Program-made: the position numbers and the translations under genes
Source of the DNA: Nitrospinaceae bacterium
GTDB lineage: Bacteria > Nitrospinota > Nitrospinia > Nitrospinales > Nitrospinaceae
DNA: 64,000 nt
Assembly (NCBI GenBank): GCA_965237905.1
Contig: OZ250172.1
Location: 2,176,001 to 2,240,000 of the forward strand
Direction: 5' to 3'
Notes under the pieces: generated by a model
What the model was told of the DNA's origin: nothing
Seen by the model: the letters and a program-made list of their open reading frames with translations, nothing else
Databases searched by the model: none
Part shown: piece after piece, positions 1 through 10,707 of the stretch
Numbering within the stretch: the stretch's first letter is position 1
How the letters are laid out: each line of letters opens with the position of its first letter

Positions 1-194
1 TGTGCGTACAGGGGATCGTCCAGATGGAATGCGGCGCGGATGCGGGCGATGTCCTCCGGTTTCATGCGCGGGTTGGACGGGTCCACCAGGCTGGGGTCGC
101 CGGGCGCGAGGTGGACCACCGAATGCGCGATGATCGAGATGAACACCAGCAGGATCAGCCGTTGGCCTATGTTGCGTACCAGAAATGCGGTCAT
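1..194 (-). CDS. ABC peptide/nickel transporter permease (DppB/OppB family), N-terminal part, runs off the window
   Basis: Manual translation MTAFLVRNIGQRLILLVFISIIAHSVVHLAPGDP...IRAAFHLDDPLY has the typical OppB N-terminal PGDP and LDxP motifs; not in the ORF track. Confidence 0.85.
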   Translation of the reverse strand, partial: MTAFLVRNIGQRLILLVFISIIAHSVVHLAPGDPSLVDPSNPRMKPEDIARIRAAFHLDDPLYA

Positions 195-235
195 GGATTG
201 GTTTCTTCCGTATGGGTTCTGCTATAATTCGTCGC

Positions 236-985
236 ATGGACATTATACAGATCGCCCGCTACCTCGACCAGCTATTGGATATCGAAAACATCAAGGACTC
301 GCCCCGCGCAGTGAATGGCCTGCAGGTGCAGAATAAAGGAGCCATCCGCAAGGTGGGCCTGGCGGTGGATGCGTGCCAGGCGACAATCGAAATGGCCATC
401 AAGCGCGACTGCCAGATGATGTTCGTTCATCACGGGATTTTCTGGGGCGGCCTGCAACCCGTGCAGGGACCGCATTACGACAAACTGTCGGCGATGATCC
501 GGGCCGACCTGGGGCTGTACTCAGCCCACCTGCCACTGGACATGCACCCTGTCCTCGGCAACAACCGCGCGTTGGCGGACAAGATCGGCCTCGAACATGC
601 GGAAGTGTTTGGCGAATACGAAGGCCAACTCATCGGCCTCAAAGGCAAGGTGAAGCGGCAATCCGCAAAGAAACTGGGACAGACCCTCGAAAAACAATTG
701 GGCGCTCCGGTGAAAGTGATCGGCGACGGCGACGTGGAGCGGGTCGGGCTGGTCACCGGCGGCGCGGGGGATATCGTCGGCCAGGCGGTGAAGGAGGGGC
801 TCGACTGCTACATCACCGGCGAGGGTGAGAATCATCAGTATCACGAAGCGATCGAAGGCGGATGCGTGCTCATGTTCGCCGGCCACTACGCAACCGAGAC
901 TGGCGGCGTCCAAGCCGTCGGCAAACACCTCGAACAACAATTCGGCCTCGCTACCGAATTCCTCGATTACCCGACGGGTCTCTAA
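236..985 (+). CDS. Nif3-like dinuclear metal centre protein (YbgI/NIF3 family)
   Basis: NGLQV, VHHG, YSAHLPLD and GHYATE motifs; probable start ATG 236 follows TGcTATAAT. Confidence 0.92.
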   Translation: MDIIQIARYLDQLLDIENIKDSPRAVNGLQVQNKGAIRKVGLAVDACQATIEMAIKRDCQMMFVHHGIFWGGLQPVQGPHYDKLSAMIRADLGLYSAHLPLDMHPVLGNNRALADKIGLEHAEVFGEYEGQLIGLKGKVKRQSAKKLGQTLEKQLGAPVKVIGDGDVERVGLVTGGAGDIVGQAVKEGLDCYITGEGENHQYHEAIEGGCVLMFAGHYATETGGVQAVGKHLEQQFGLATEFLDYPTGL

Positions 986-1148
986 AAACTATTTTTTAGC
1001 CAAGATTGCAGGATGGAAGAGATAAGAAAAACGGCCTCTTTGTGCTGATGTTGGCTTAGACTATAAGCGTCTCCTCAGAGAGCAATCAAATTTTTTCATA
1101 AGCTGATTTTCTGCGAAATCAATACTCGTAATAAAGAAAGAGAATCGA

Positions 1149-2615
1149 TTGCTTTTTAACTCACATATTTTTATCTTCCTTTTTTTGCCAGTGACGCTGA
1201 TAGTTTTCTTTGCCATTGGCAAGCGCGGACACCATAAAATCGCCATCTCATGGCTGGTGGGGGCTTCTCTCTTTTTTTATGGCTGGTGGAATCCTGCCTA
1301 TCTCGGTTTGATCCTGGGTTCCATGCTCTTCAATTACGCAATCGGTGTGGCCTTAAGTAATCATGGGAGGGAATCCTCAAAAACAGGGCTACTGGTTTTT
1401 GGTATTGCGGCCAACCTTGGAGTGCTGGGATATTTCAAGTATGCGAATTTTTTCGTCAACAATTTGAACTCAGCCATTGGCACGGACTTTCATTTAGAGA
1501 CCATCATTCTTCCACTCGCCATCTCCTTTTTCACCTTCCAGCAAATCACCTATCTTGTGGATTCGTATAAGAGAGAAACCCAGGAACCTGACTTCCTTCG
1601 ATATTGTTTGTTTGTGACCTTTTTCCCTCAGCTTATTGCGGGTCCGATTGTTCATCATAAAGAAATGATTCCCCAGTATGCGAAGGATCGTATCTATTCC
1701 CCGAACCAGGAGTATCTGGCTACCGGGGTTACTATTTTCATTATCGGGCTGTTCAAGAAAGTTGTTCTTGCAGATGGCATTGCGGCGTATGCGACGCCTG
1801 TTTTTAATGCGGCAGAGGTGGGAACTGCGCTCACTTTCTTCGAAGCATGGATTGGAGCACTGGCCTATACTTTCCAGCTCTATTTTGATTTCTCCGGCTA
1901 CTCCGATATGGCCATCGGGTTGGGTAGAATGTTTGGAATTCGGTTGCCGTTGAATTTCAATTCGCCGTATAAAGCCAAAAATATTATAGAATTCTGGCGG
2001 TGTTGGCATATGACACTGTCCCGCTTCCTGAAGGATTATCTTTACATTCCCCTTGGCGGGAATAGAAAAGGAACAGTAAGACGATATACCAATATAATGA
2101 TAACGATGCTTCTGGGAGGGCTGTGGCATGGCGCTGGATGGACGTTTGTCGTATGGGGGGCTTTGCATGGATTGTATCTTTTAATAAACCATGGTTGGCA
2201 TGCTTTACGTCGAAGTCTGGGACATGATCTGAAAAGAACATCGCGGTTCGGGCGTGGAACGGCTCAGATCGTCACTTTTACCGCGATCGTTATCGGTTGG
2301 GTGTTTTTCAGGGCGGAGACCTTCGATGGGTCGATTAATATACTGTCAGCAATGTTTGGAGGGAACGGCATTTCTTTTGATGGGATGTTTTTAAACAATG
2401 TCCTTGCTGATCCACTGTTAGGGATTGGCATGATCCTGGTTCTATTTTTAATTGCATGGTATGCACCCAACAGTGCCGAATATGTACTGGGGGGTCCAAG
2501 AAACACTTTTGTCTGGAAGCCAACCTTTAAACATGCCGTTTTGATAGCAACAATGTTCTGCGTCAGCTTCTTTCATGTAAAAGGCTATTCCGAGTTTCTG
2601 TATTTTCAATTTTAA
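1149..2615 (+). CDS. MBOAT family O-acyltransferase (AlgI/DltB-like)
   Basis: LPLAISFFTFQQ, FFPQLIAGPI, DFSGYSDMAIG, WHMTLSRF and GLWHGA motifs. Confidence 0.93.
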   Translation: MLFNSHIFIFLFLPVTLIVFFAIGKRGHHKIAISWLVGASLFFYGWWNPAYLGLILGSMLFNYAIGVALSNHGRESSKTGLLVFGIAANLGVLGYFKYANFFVNNLNSAIGTDFHLETIILPLAISFFTFQQITYLVDSYKRETQEPDFLRYCLFVTFFPQLIAGPIVHHKEMIPQYAKDRIYSPNQEYLATGVTIFIIGLFKKVVLADGIAAYATPVFNAAEVGTALTFFEAWIGALAYTFQLYFDFSGYSDMAIGLGRMFGIRLPLNFNSPYKAKNIIEFWRCWHMTLSRFLKDYLYIPLGGNRKGTVRRYTNIMITMLLGGLWHGAGWTFVVWGALHGLYLLINHGWHALRRSLGHDLKRTSRFGRGTAQIVTFTAIVIGWVFFRAETFDGSINILSAMFGGNGISFDGMFLNNVLADPLLGIGMILVLFLIAWYAPNSAEYVLGGPRNTFVWKPTFKHAVLIATMFCVSFFHVKGYSEFLYFQF

Positions 2616-2636
2616 ATTTTATTTGAGAACGTGTAA

Positions 2637-3752
2637 ATGCAAACAGCCGCATCCTCAAGAGAATACGCAAAATACAACGCCCTCGTATTTGTTATGAGTT
2701 TTGCGGTGCTGTCGGCCGTGGTTTTTTCTATTATTCAAATAACAGATGATTATAAAGACGGTCACGCGCTTATCGATAAGGCCGTTCATTGGCAGTCGCT
2801 CACCAAAGGAACGGTTGGGTTATCAAGCAAGAAAATGACTGCATTCAAGATTTTGTCGGGGCGGATTTATCTTGATAAAAATAATGTCAACACTTTAGTG
2901 CTTGGGTCTTCTACCATGATGGGTATTCGTGATGAAATATTTCCGAAAGGTTTGAAGGTATATAACTATAGCAAGAATTTTAATCCTCTAAAGAAGACCA
3001 TTGGAGAAGCTTACTATTTTGTAGGGCGATACGATAATGTTAAGTGGGTTATTATAGGGCTGGATTTTAGTTTAGGAATGGTGTTCGAGGATTTTAAAAT
3101 AGTAAAATATAATGCTGATGTGGAAGATGAAGAGGTTTCTTTTAGTGATATTTTTGCTGATGCGATTACCCTGTCCCGGCTGAAGATCACATTAAAAAAT
3201 ATTCGGGCGGATCTATTTTCAGGCAAAAGGGGATACTCATGCCCTGAAAATGACGGAATGGGTGGAGACTTCGGAGCTGTCCTGGCGCCCCGCCGGTGTA
3301 ACGGACTTCGCTATGATGGGAGCGCGACTTTCAATTACCGTAGGATGAATCAAGCGCAATGGAAACGTCGATTAAGCGAAAATGGTTTGAGTTGGTATAT
3401 CAACAAGCTGGAGCAATCAGGAGAAGAAGTGAACGAGAATTATTTAAAGCATCTTAGGATAATCAACGATATATTAATGAGCCGGTCAGGGGGGTTGATA
3501 ATGGTTTCCCCACCGCTAATGCCTAATGCGGAAAACATAATATTAAAAAGCGCGGCGGGCAAGTACCTGGAAAATTATAAAAAAGAGATCAATCGTTTGG
3601 CGTCGTTGAATAAGATAAGATTTATTGATGCCGGAAAGTCTGAGGAGTATGGATGTGTTCCTGAGGAATTTTATGACGCTCATCATGCTTTAGCTCAATG
3701 CTATTCTAAAATATTTGACCGGTTTTTTAAAAATAACAGAGATGTTTTTTAA
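2637..3752 (+). CDS. Membrane-anchored SGNH/DltD-like protein, probable acyltransferase partner of the MBOAT
   Basis: N-terminal TM segment, LGSS motif, C-terminal FYDAHH (DxxH); directly downstream of the MBOAT gene. Confidence 0.6.
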   Translation: MQTAASSREYAKYNALVFVMSFAVLSAVVFSIIQITDDYKDGHALIDKAVHWQSLTKGTVGLSSKKMTAFKILSGRIYLDKNNVNTLVLGSSTMMGIRDEIFPKGLKVYNYSKNFNPLKKTIGEAYYFVGRYDNVKWVIIGLDFSLGMVFEDFKIVKYNADVEDEEVSFSDIFADAITLSRLKITLKNIRADLFSGKRGYSCPENDGMGGDFGAVLAPRRCNGLRYDGSATFNYRRMNQAQWKRRLSENGLSWYINKLEQSGEEVNENYLKHLRIINDILMSRSGGLIMVSPPLMPNAENIILKSAAGKYLENYKKEINRLASLNKIRFIDAGKSEEYGCVPEEFYDAHHALAQCYSKIFDRFFKNNRDVF

Positions 3753-3834
3753 GCGCGTTGTGGGTGTTTTCTGAGATGAGTGTCCGTGGTCTTTTGATTT
3801 TCCGGCGCATAAAAAATAACTGCATGGGTTTGAG

Positions 3835-3949
3835 CATATTCGCCGTCCACTATGCGACGGAGACCGGCGGCGTGCAAGCCGTCGGCAAACACCTCGAACA
3901 ACAGTTTGGCCTTGAGACTGAATTCCTCGATTACCCGACAGGTTTGTGA
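3835..3949 (+). pseudogene. Duplicated 3' end of the nif3 gene (direct repeat of 871-985)
   Basis: 98/115 nt identical by manual alignment; encodes [33 protein letters not shown]. Confidence 0.92.
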
Positions 3950-4154
3950 AAATATTCCTTCCCAGAATCTGGATTCTCCGTTGCCCTCTGACTTCTGAAA
4001 AGGAAGAACAGAGTCACGCCTCTTTTTTTAACCACCCTATTTTCCCTTTTTCCAGTTGTTTTTCATCGCTAAAACATTGCCCAGCTGGGGCGAAATAATA
4101 AGTTGTCATCCGGTCTTCCTCCTTTTATCCTGAGTGCATACAAAGGAGAATTTT

Positions 4155-4985
4155 ATGAAGAAATTTTTTATCGGGATAATATTTATTCTATTGGCCAGTG
4201 CGGTTGCATTGGGCGTTAACCACTTTGTGCAACCTGATTCTAATGACGATGCAATAGAAGCTCACTTGGATAAGGATTTCTCAAAGGTATTTAAAATGAC
4301 CAAGGTACTGGCAGAAAAGGGAAATACCACATCGCAATTCGAACTGGGAGTTATGTATGATGGTGGCGAAGGAGTTGCTCAGGATTTCAAAGAAGCAGCA
4401 AAGTGGTATCGCAAAGCTGGAGAGAAAGGGCATGTCTCAAGTCAATACAATCTTGGAGTTATGTATCAAGATGGCGAAGGAGTTGCTCAGGATTTCAAGG
4501 AAACGTTGAAATGGTACCACAAAGCAGCAGAGCAGGGACATGCTGTTGCCCAAAACAATCTTGGGGTGTTGTATTACGGAGGAGAAGGTATTGCCGGGGA
4601 TCACAAGAAAGCCTTTAAGTGGTTTCGGAAGGCTGCCGAGCAAGGGAATATTCCTTCCCAATTTCATCTTGCTTTTATGTATGACGAAGGCGAAGGTGTT
4701 GCTGAGGATAAAAGAGAAGCGGTGAAGTGGTACCTCAAGGCTGCCGAGCAAGGAAATGCTCTTTCCCAACTCACCCTTGCAACGATGTATAAAGAGGGTC
4801 GCGGTGTCCCTCAAAATAATAAGGAAGCTGCGAAATGGTACAGGAAGGCTGCCGAGCAAGGAAATGCTCTTGCCCAACTCATCCTTGCAGAGATGTATAA
4901 AGAGGGACGCGGCGTTCCTAAAGACAAGAATAAAGCTGCAAAGTGGTACCGAAAGGCTATCGAGCAGAGGAGTGTTCAAAACTAG
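4155..4985 (+). CDS. Sel1-like repeat protein, N-terminal signal/TM
   Basis: About six AQxxLGxMYxxGxGV...WYxKAAEQG repeats; AGGAG RBS. Confidence 0.93.
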   Translation: MKKFFIGIIFILLASAVALGVNHFVQPDSNDDAIEAHLDKDFSKVFKMTKVLAEKGNTTSQFELGVMYDGGEGVAQDFKEAAKWYRKAGEKGHVSSQYNLGVMYQDGEGVAQDFKETLKWYHKAAEQGHAVAQNNLGVLYYGGEGIAGDHKKAFKWFRKAAEQGNIPSQFHLAFMYDEGEGVAEDKREAVKWYLKAAEQGNALSQLTLATMYKEGRGVPQNNKEAAKWYRKAAEQGNALAQLILAEMYKEGRGVPKDKNKAAKWYRKAIEQRSVQN

Positions 4986-5067
4986 TGCAGGCAGAGTCGA
5001 ATGTTTGAAAAAGACGAAGGTATTCCCCAAAGTAAAACGGAGATAATTGAATTTTGTAGAGAGAGGA

Positions 5068-5919
5068 TTAGAAGCTAAACCGGTATTTGTCGAACAGTTC
5101 CATCGAGACTACGGTGACGTCTTCTTTTTTGACTTCGGCCTCGATGCGTTTGATGGCCATCTCCCGGATGAAGGGGATGGGGATTTTCATGACCTTGGCC
5201 TTGGCGTCGTCCTGCCAGGTCAATTCGAAATCCGGCTCCTCGTCCTGCTGTGCATCGTAATCGACGTCCCTCTGCTTGTCTTCTTCCGTCACTTCCATGC
5301 CCATCGCTTCTTTCGCGGAGGCGGGCATGACGTTGCTGAACACTTCATCGATGATATCGGGGGTGATCATTTTATCGCCCCGCTGACGGGCGCGGCCTTC
5401 GATGGTCTGCTTGGCCATGCCGAGCACAAACGGCGGCACCTTCTCCATTTTCTCCATGGCTTCCTGGGACCACGGCATGCCGCTGGTCGGGGCGGTTTCC
5501 ATATAATTTTTGAACTTGTCAACGATGTCTTCCTTCTTCTCGGTGCGCAGGGAGAGGAAGTCCTGAATTTCCTCGATGACCTCCACCTTGCGCGGGCTCT
5601 CAGCCATTTTCTGTTTGGCGACGTCGAACGCGCCCATCGACAGCTCCTCGAAGCCAAACTGCTTGACGCGCTTGGAGACCAGCATCATCGACTCGTTGCG
5701 GATTTCCGTAAGGAAGTCGGAGGTGATGTATTTGAAGTTGCGCTTGACCGCGCGCTGGACCATGACCTTGCGGATGCCGGGCCTCACGAATTCCGGCGCG
5801 TGCTTGACCCGCTCCCAGGCCTCGACGGTCCACTCCACGCCCATTTCGTCGGCGTAGGGATGGTCGACGCGGTCCGATTCGGCGATTTCCTTTTCGTGTG
5901 CGGTATAATCCTCGGCCAT
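5068..5919 (-). CDS. Protein with three PCP_red-like (protochlorophyllide reductase subunit B C-terminal-like) domains
   Basis: Three W-x2-EA-x5-(V/I)PxF(V/I)R...IT repeats (WTVEAWERVKHAPEFVR; WSQEAMEKMEKVPPFVL; WQDDAKAKVMKIPIPFIR). Confidence 0.7.
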   Translation of the reverse strand: MAEDYTAHEKEIAESDRVDHPYADEMGVEWTVEAWERVKHAPEFVRPGIRKVMVQRAVKRNFKYITSDFLTEIRNESMMLVSKRVKQFGFEELSMGAFDVAKQKMAESPRKVEVIEEIQDFLSLRTEKKEDIVDKFKNYMETAPTSGMPWSQEAMEKMEKVPPFVLGMAKQTIEGRARQRGDKMITPDIIDEVFSNVMPASAKEAMGMEVTEEDKQRDVDYDAQQDEEPDFELTWQDDAKAKVMKIPIPFIREMAIKRIEAEVKKEDVTVVSMELFDKYRFSF

Positions 5920-6046
5920 ACTGCAATTCCTTCCGGTTCGGGCTTGGCAAACCCCGCATTTTGATTTATGGTTGGTCAGGCTTTCCCTGTCCATAAAACT
6001 ACTGAAACACCGGTTTAATGTCAATCCATTTAAGGGATTTTTGAAC

Positions 6047-9000
6047 GTGACGACTCCTGCCCAGCCCTCACGGCTGGTTTACCTCTATTTCTTCATTTCC
6101 GGGATCACCGCACTGGTCTACGAGATCATCTGGACGCGCCAGCTGACGCTGGTGTTCGGGCACACAGTATACTCGGTATCCATTGTTCTATCAGCGTTTA
6201 TGGCGGGGCTGGGGTTCGGCAGTTACGTCTGGGGCCACATGATCGACCGGGCGGTGGCGAAGCAGGAGGAGACTCCCCCCTTGCTCGTGTATGGGAGGAT
6301 CGAAATCCTCATTTTTGCGGCCAGCGCCGTGTTGTCGCTGATCTTCTCGGAATTTCATGTGGTGTACGCGTGGATGCACCGCTGGTTGCCGGAATCGCCG
6401 GCGCTGTTCAACGCCGTCAAGGCGGTACTGGCGTTTCTTCTGATGTTCATCCCAACGACATTTATGGGTGCGACCCTGCCGATCATCAGCAAATATTACG
6501 TGACCGACAACACCCGCCTCGGCACGCAGATCGGATATTTGTATTCCATCAACACCCTGGGCGCGGCGGTGGGATGCGTGTTGACCGGCTTTATATTCAT
6601 TTCCACGTTCGGGGTTCTACAGACGGCGTTGTTCGCATCCTGCGTCAACCTCATCATCGGTATCGGCTGTATCCGCATTTACCAGGAAGAACATCCCGGT
6701 GAAAAAGTGCCGTGGCGTCTGCCTAAAATTGAGTGGCCTTCGATGACACTGAGTGCCGAACAAAAAAAGTGGATGGGCATCAGTTTTGTCTGTGGTTTTA
6801 CCGCACTAGCGTATGAAGTGTTGTGGACGCGCTTGCTCGTGTTCAGTATCGCCAGCACGGTGTACTCCTTCAGCCTGATGCTGGCGGTGTTCCTGCTCGG
6901 CATTGGCATCGGCAGTCTGGTGGTGGTGCCGCTGATGGCGCGTGTCTCTTCTTTACGAACTGTATTGATTGCTCTGCAGGCGGGCATCGGTGTTTATGTG
7001 CTGTTCACGTTATTTTCGATGGAGAGTCTGCTGTCCGCCCCGTGGAACAGTTACAATCTGACAAATCCCGGCAAAACCTTTCTCCATTATTTTAAAGACT
7101 CAGCGACGTTGATGCTATTGCCGGCGTTGCTGTTCGGGATGAATTTCCCGGTGCTCATCAAACTGGCGGCAGGGGGACACGAGCATGTCGGTCGCGGCAC
7201 CGGCCAGATTTATTCGGCGAACACGCTGGGCGCCATCTTCGGTTCCCTCGTGGCCGGGTTTGTGCTCCTGCCCTGGCTGGGAACGGAAAAAAGCCTGATC
7301 GTGGTGGCGACGCTCAATTTGTTGATGGTGCCGCTGTTGTTCGGCACCGGCAATTATGCGACGCCCATGTTGCGCAGGGGAGTGGCGGGGGTGACTGTGG
7401 CGGCGGTGCTCGCGTTAAACATGCTCCTGCCCGGGGACCTGCTCGACCGGTTCTTCATGCGCGACAGCGCCGGCAAGCGGGACTTGAGCAGACTGTTGTA
7501 TTTCGAAGAGGGGCTGACAGATACGGTGGCGGTGTTCGAGGATGAATACGGCATCCTCGATCCCACCGCCAAGCGGCTGATCACCAACGGTATTTCCATG
7601 TCTGCCTCCAACGTGATTGCCACGCGCTACATGAAACTGTTTGCACATGTTCCGATTCTGCTGTCGGAGAACCCGAAAGACGTGATGGTAATCTGTTTTG
7701 GAACGGGGCAGACCACCGGGGCGGCGGGCATTCATCCGCGCGTCGGGCAGGTGGACAGTCTCGAGTTGTCACCGAGCGTTCTCAACGCCGCGTCCTCGTT
7801 CCATATCGAGAACCATGACGTGATGGATAACCCGAAGGTCAATTTTGTTGTGCAGGACGGGCGTAATTTTCTTTTGACCACGCAAAAGCAGTACGACGTG
7901 ATCACTGGCGAGCCGCCTCCGCCGCGCACGGCTTTTACTGTGAATTTATACACGAAGGATTTTTACGAGGCGGCGTTGAGCCGGCTCAAGCCAGGCGGCA
8001 TCATGGCGCAATGGATTCCTCTGCACAGCCAGAGTGCGGAGGAAGTGGACATGCACTTCAAAACCTTCCTGTCGGTGTTTCCTCATGCTATCGCGTGGAT
8101 GTCCGTCGCCAATGAGATATTGATCATCGGGTCCGACCAGCCAATCACCATCGATTTTAAAAAATTAAAGGAACGGATGGCAGAGCCTGCCGTGGCGCAA
8201 GCTCTGCGGGATATTTATATTCCTGATGTCTATAGTCTGCTCAGCAACATCTGGTTTCTGGAAAAGGAAATGCAACGGCTGGCAGAAGGCCGGCCTTTAA
8301 TCACTGACAACCGGCCGCGCATCGAGTTTTATCTCAATTATGGAAAGGTCATCGGGTCCGCCGGACTGGAACGGCTGGTGTTCAACCGGACGCCGGTGGG
8401 AGAGGTCCTCCGGCGCATTTCGGGCATGGAATATGAGGATCAAAAGCGGTTCAAACAGCAGTACCGGGCGATGGGTTTATACCAGCGCGGGGTCATGTAT
8501 TCCAACCGGGGACTGTTGTTGGAGGCCGTTCGGTTGTCCGGCAACAGCGATTTGCCCCGCTATCACCTGCAGGCGGGGAGGGACCTGATCGAACGCCTGC
8601 TGGCTCAGCATAAACAGGAGCCCGACAACCTCGATCTTCTGCTGAATCTGGGTCACGCGTTTTATCAAATAGGGGAGTATGCCCGCAGTGCGGAATATCT
8701 GGAGCAGGGGCTGGCGCGGGAGCCCAGGCAGGGAGTCGCCCAATTGTATTTAGGATACAACCTGATGGAACTGGAGCGGTGGAGCGAGGCGCGGGAGAGG
8801 CTTGAAACGGCGGCCAAAAACGATCCGCGCCAGTTACGGACGATTATGCGCGAGATCGCCTTGATCGAACTGAGAGGCAAGGCAAGGGAGAAACCGGAAG
8901 ACCTGGATCTGTTGAATGCCCTGGCACAGTTTTACAATATGAAGAATGATTACGGGAAGTCCCTCGAATATTCCAACCGGGTTCTGGAAAACGATCCCAT

Positions 9001-9274
9001 GAATGAAGAAGCATTGAAAAGCGCGCTGTTCAGTTACCGGGGCCGGGGTGATCCGCGGGAAGTGATCGGAGCCGCTATCCGTTATGAAATGGTGAATCCC
9101 GGCGATATCCATTTTCAATTCATCATGGCGGAAATTTACGTGAAAACTTTGAATTGCCAGAAGGCAGTCCCCTACCTCGAAAAAATTCTGAAAACGGACG
9201 ATACTTATCCTAAGGCGCAAAAATTGATGGACCATTGTCAGAGAAATATAGAGGAGAGCGTACCGTTGCCTTGA
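6047..9274 (+). CDS. Fused MFS-like membrane domain / spermidine synthase-like SAM-binding domain with C-terminal TPR repeats
   Basis: SGxxALxYE..W.R twice, YxxNTLGA twice, ICFGTGQT, DGRNFL, YDVI, then TPR helices; start uncertain. Confidence 0.85.
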   Translation: MTTPAQPSRLVYLYFFISGITALVYEIIWTRQLTLVFGHTVYSVSIVLSAFMAGLGFGSYVWGHMIDRAVAKQEETPPLLVYGRIEILIFAASAVLSLIFSEFHVVYAWMHRWLPESPALFNAVKAVLAFLLMFIPTTFMGATLPIISKYYVTDNTRLGTQIGYLYSINTLGAAVGCVLTGFIFISTFGVLQTALFASCVNLIIGIGCIRIYQEEHPGEKVPWRLPKIEWPSMTLSAEQKKWMGISFVCGFTALAYEVLWTRLLVFSIASTVYSFSLMLAVFLLGIGIGSLVVVPLMARVSSLRTVLIALQAGIGVYVLFTLFSMESLLSAPWNSYNLTNPGKTFLHYFKDSATLMLLPALLFGMNFPVLIKLAAGGHEHVGRGTGQIYSANTLGAIFGSLVAGFVLLPWLGTEKSLIVVATLNLLMVPLLFGTGNYATPMLRRGVAGVTVAAVLALNMLLPGDLLDRFFMRDSAGKRDLSRLLYFEEGLTDTVAVFEDEYGILDPTAKRLITNGISMSASNVIATRYMKLFAHVPILLSENPKDVMVICFGTGQTTGAAGIHPRVGQVDSLELSPSVLNAASSFHIENHDVMDNPKVNFVVQDGRNFLLTTQKQYDVITGEPPPPRTAFTVNLYTKDFYEAALSRLKPGGIMAQWIPLHSQSAEEVDMHFKTFLSVFPHAIAWMSVANEILIIGSDQPITIDFKKLKERMAEPAVAQALRDIYIPDVYSLLSNIWFLEKEMQRLAEGRPLITDNRPRIEFYLNYGKVIGSAGLERLVFNRTPVGEVLRRISGMEYEDQKRFKQQYRAMGLYQRGVMYSNRGLLLEAVRLSGNSDLPRYHLQAGRDLIERLLAQHKQEPDNLDLLLNLGHAFYQIGEYARSAEYLEQGLAREPRQGVAQLYLGYNLMELERWSEARERLETAAKNDPRQLRTIMREIALIELRGKAREKPEDLDLLNALAQFYNMKNDYGKSLEYSNRVLENDPMNEEALKSALFSYRGRGDPREVIGAAIRYEMVNPGDIHFQFIMAEIYVKTLNCQKAVPYLEKILKTDDTYPKAQKLMDHCQRNIEESVPLP

Positions 9275-9299
9275 TGAGAGGCCTTGGATGGCCGTAGTG

Positions 9300-10409
9300 T
9301 CAGGAGATTTTGCGGCGGGTTTGAGCGACTTGTTGGGAGGAATCGGAGAATTGTTGTGTGATGGCGACCATCTCCGGAAGCAGAGTCATAAAAACAAGAA
9401 GAATATGGGGATCAAATAATTTTCCGCTCTGATTTTCCATTTCCGCAACCGTATTTTCAACCGACCAGGCTTCTTTATAAGGCCGGTCGCTGGTCAGGGC
9501 GTCGAAGACATCACACACCGTCACAATCCGTGATACCAGGGGAATTTCCTCTTCCTTCAGGCCCCTGGGGTAGCCGCTACCGTCCCATCGTTCGTGGTGG
9601 GAGCCGGCGATGATTTCCGCCATTTGCAGGAACTCCGATTCACTTCCCGATAAAATCAGCGCGCCGATATCCGCATGGGTTTTCATGACAGCCCATTCTT
9701 TCAAGGTAAGCTTCCCGGGTTTAAGGAGGATATGGTCGGGAATGCCGATTTTCCCAATGTCGTGCATGGGGCTGGCATGACGAATGAGGTGGCATTCATG
9801 ATCGCTCAGTCCCAGGCCCCGGGCCAGGCGCTCGCACAGTTTGCTGATACGTATAACGTGCATGCCGGTTTCGTTGTCGCGGTATTCCGCCGCCCGGGCC
9901 AGACGGTGGATGATTTCCACCTGGTATTGGCGCAGTTCCTGGGAGCTCTCCACGACCTGAGTTTCGAGTGATTTTTTATCATCGTGAAGGCAGTTGTGCA
10001 ACATCCGGACTTCCAGGAGATTGTTGATCCGGGCCAGCATTTCTTCCATGATAAAGGGCTTGTTGACAAAATCCTTGGCGCCCGCCTGGATCGCTTTCAA
10101 CCGGGTTTCGCTGTCCAATTGTGCCGTGAGCACCAGAATCGGAAGGTAGCTTTCCTTTTCCATGGTTCTGAGGGCATTCATGACATCGAATCCGCTGAAT
10201 CCGGGCATTTTGATATCCAGAAGAATCAGGTCCGGGCGCATGGATTGATAGATTTTCGGGGTCGAGCGGCTGTCTGTAGTGGAAGTGATGTTCTGATAAC
10301 CGACAGCATTCAACATCCTTTCCAGGATGTGGATGTTGCCCTGCTCATCATCAACGATCAAGATCTTGGCATCGGTGAATTTAGCGTCTCGGGATAACGA
10401 GGAAATCAT
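9300..10409 (-). CDS. Response regulator with HD-GYP c-di-GMP phosphodiesterase domain (RpfG family)
   Basis: Receiver ILIVDD/DLILLD; HDIGKIG, HHERWDGSGYP and DVFDALTSDRPYK. Confidence 0.93.
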   Translation of the reverse strand: MISSLSRDAKFTDAKILIVDDEQGNIHILERMLNAVGYQNITSTTDSRSTPKIYQSMRPDLILLDIKMPGFSGFDVMNALRTMEKESYLPILVLTAQLDSETRLKAIQAGAKDFVNKPFIMEEMLARINNLLEVRMLHNCLHDDKKSLETQVVESSQELRQYQVEIIHRLARAAEYRDNETGMHVIRISKLCERLARGLGLSDHECHLIRHASPMHDIGKIGIPDHILLKPGKLTLKEWAVMKTHADIGALILSGSESEFLQMAEIIAGSHHERWDGSGYPRGLKEEEIPLVSRIVTVCDVFDALTSDRPYKEAWSVENTVAEMENQSGKLFDPHILLVFMTLLPEMVAITQQFSDSSQQVAQTRRKIS

Positions 10410-10707
10410 AAACTGATCGGGCCAGCGATTAATAAAGCTGTAATAATTTCTCGAGCAACTCACCCAAGATAAAAATTACCATGAATCTCAATGTGATGAT
10501 TCATGCTAATCGAAAAATCACACCTCGTCAATCCTGTTGGATGTTAGTTCAATAAACTCAATTAGTTAAATTTTTAGCGCACTTAGGGATATTTGAGACG
10601 TTGATTCAACCCCCTTAAACCCCCCTAAAAACAGTGATTTATGGGAGGCAAAAATTAACCAAGGGAGGTTTTAAAAATTAGCTGATTTCAACAGTTTATG
10701 AGGGGGT

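Noticed and set aside
3758..3949. 63-aa ORF as an independent gene
   Set aside because: Only its last ~37 codons are meaningful and they are the duplicated nif3 tail.
5047..5964. 305-aa plus-strand ORF and similar long antisense ORFs (33603-34460, 45634-46722, 52990-53859)
   Set aside because: Shadow frames of well-supported genes on the opposite strand, caused by codon bias.
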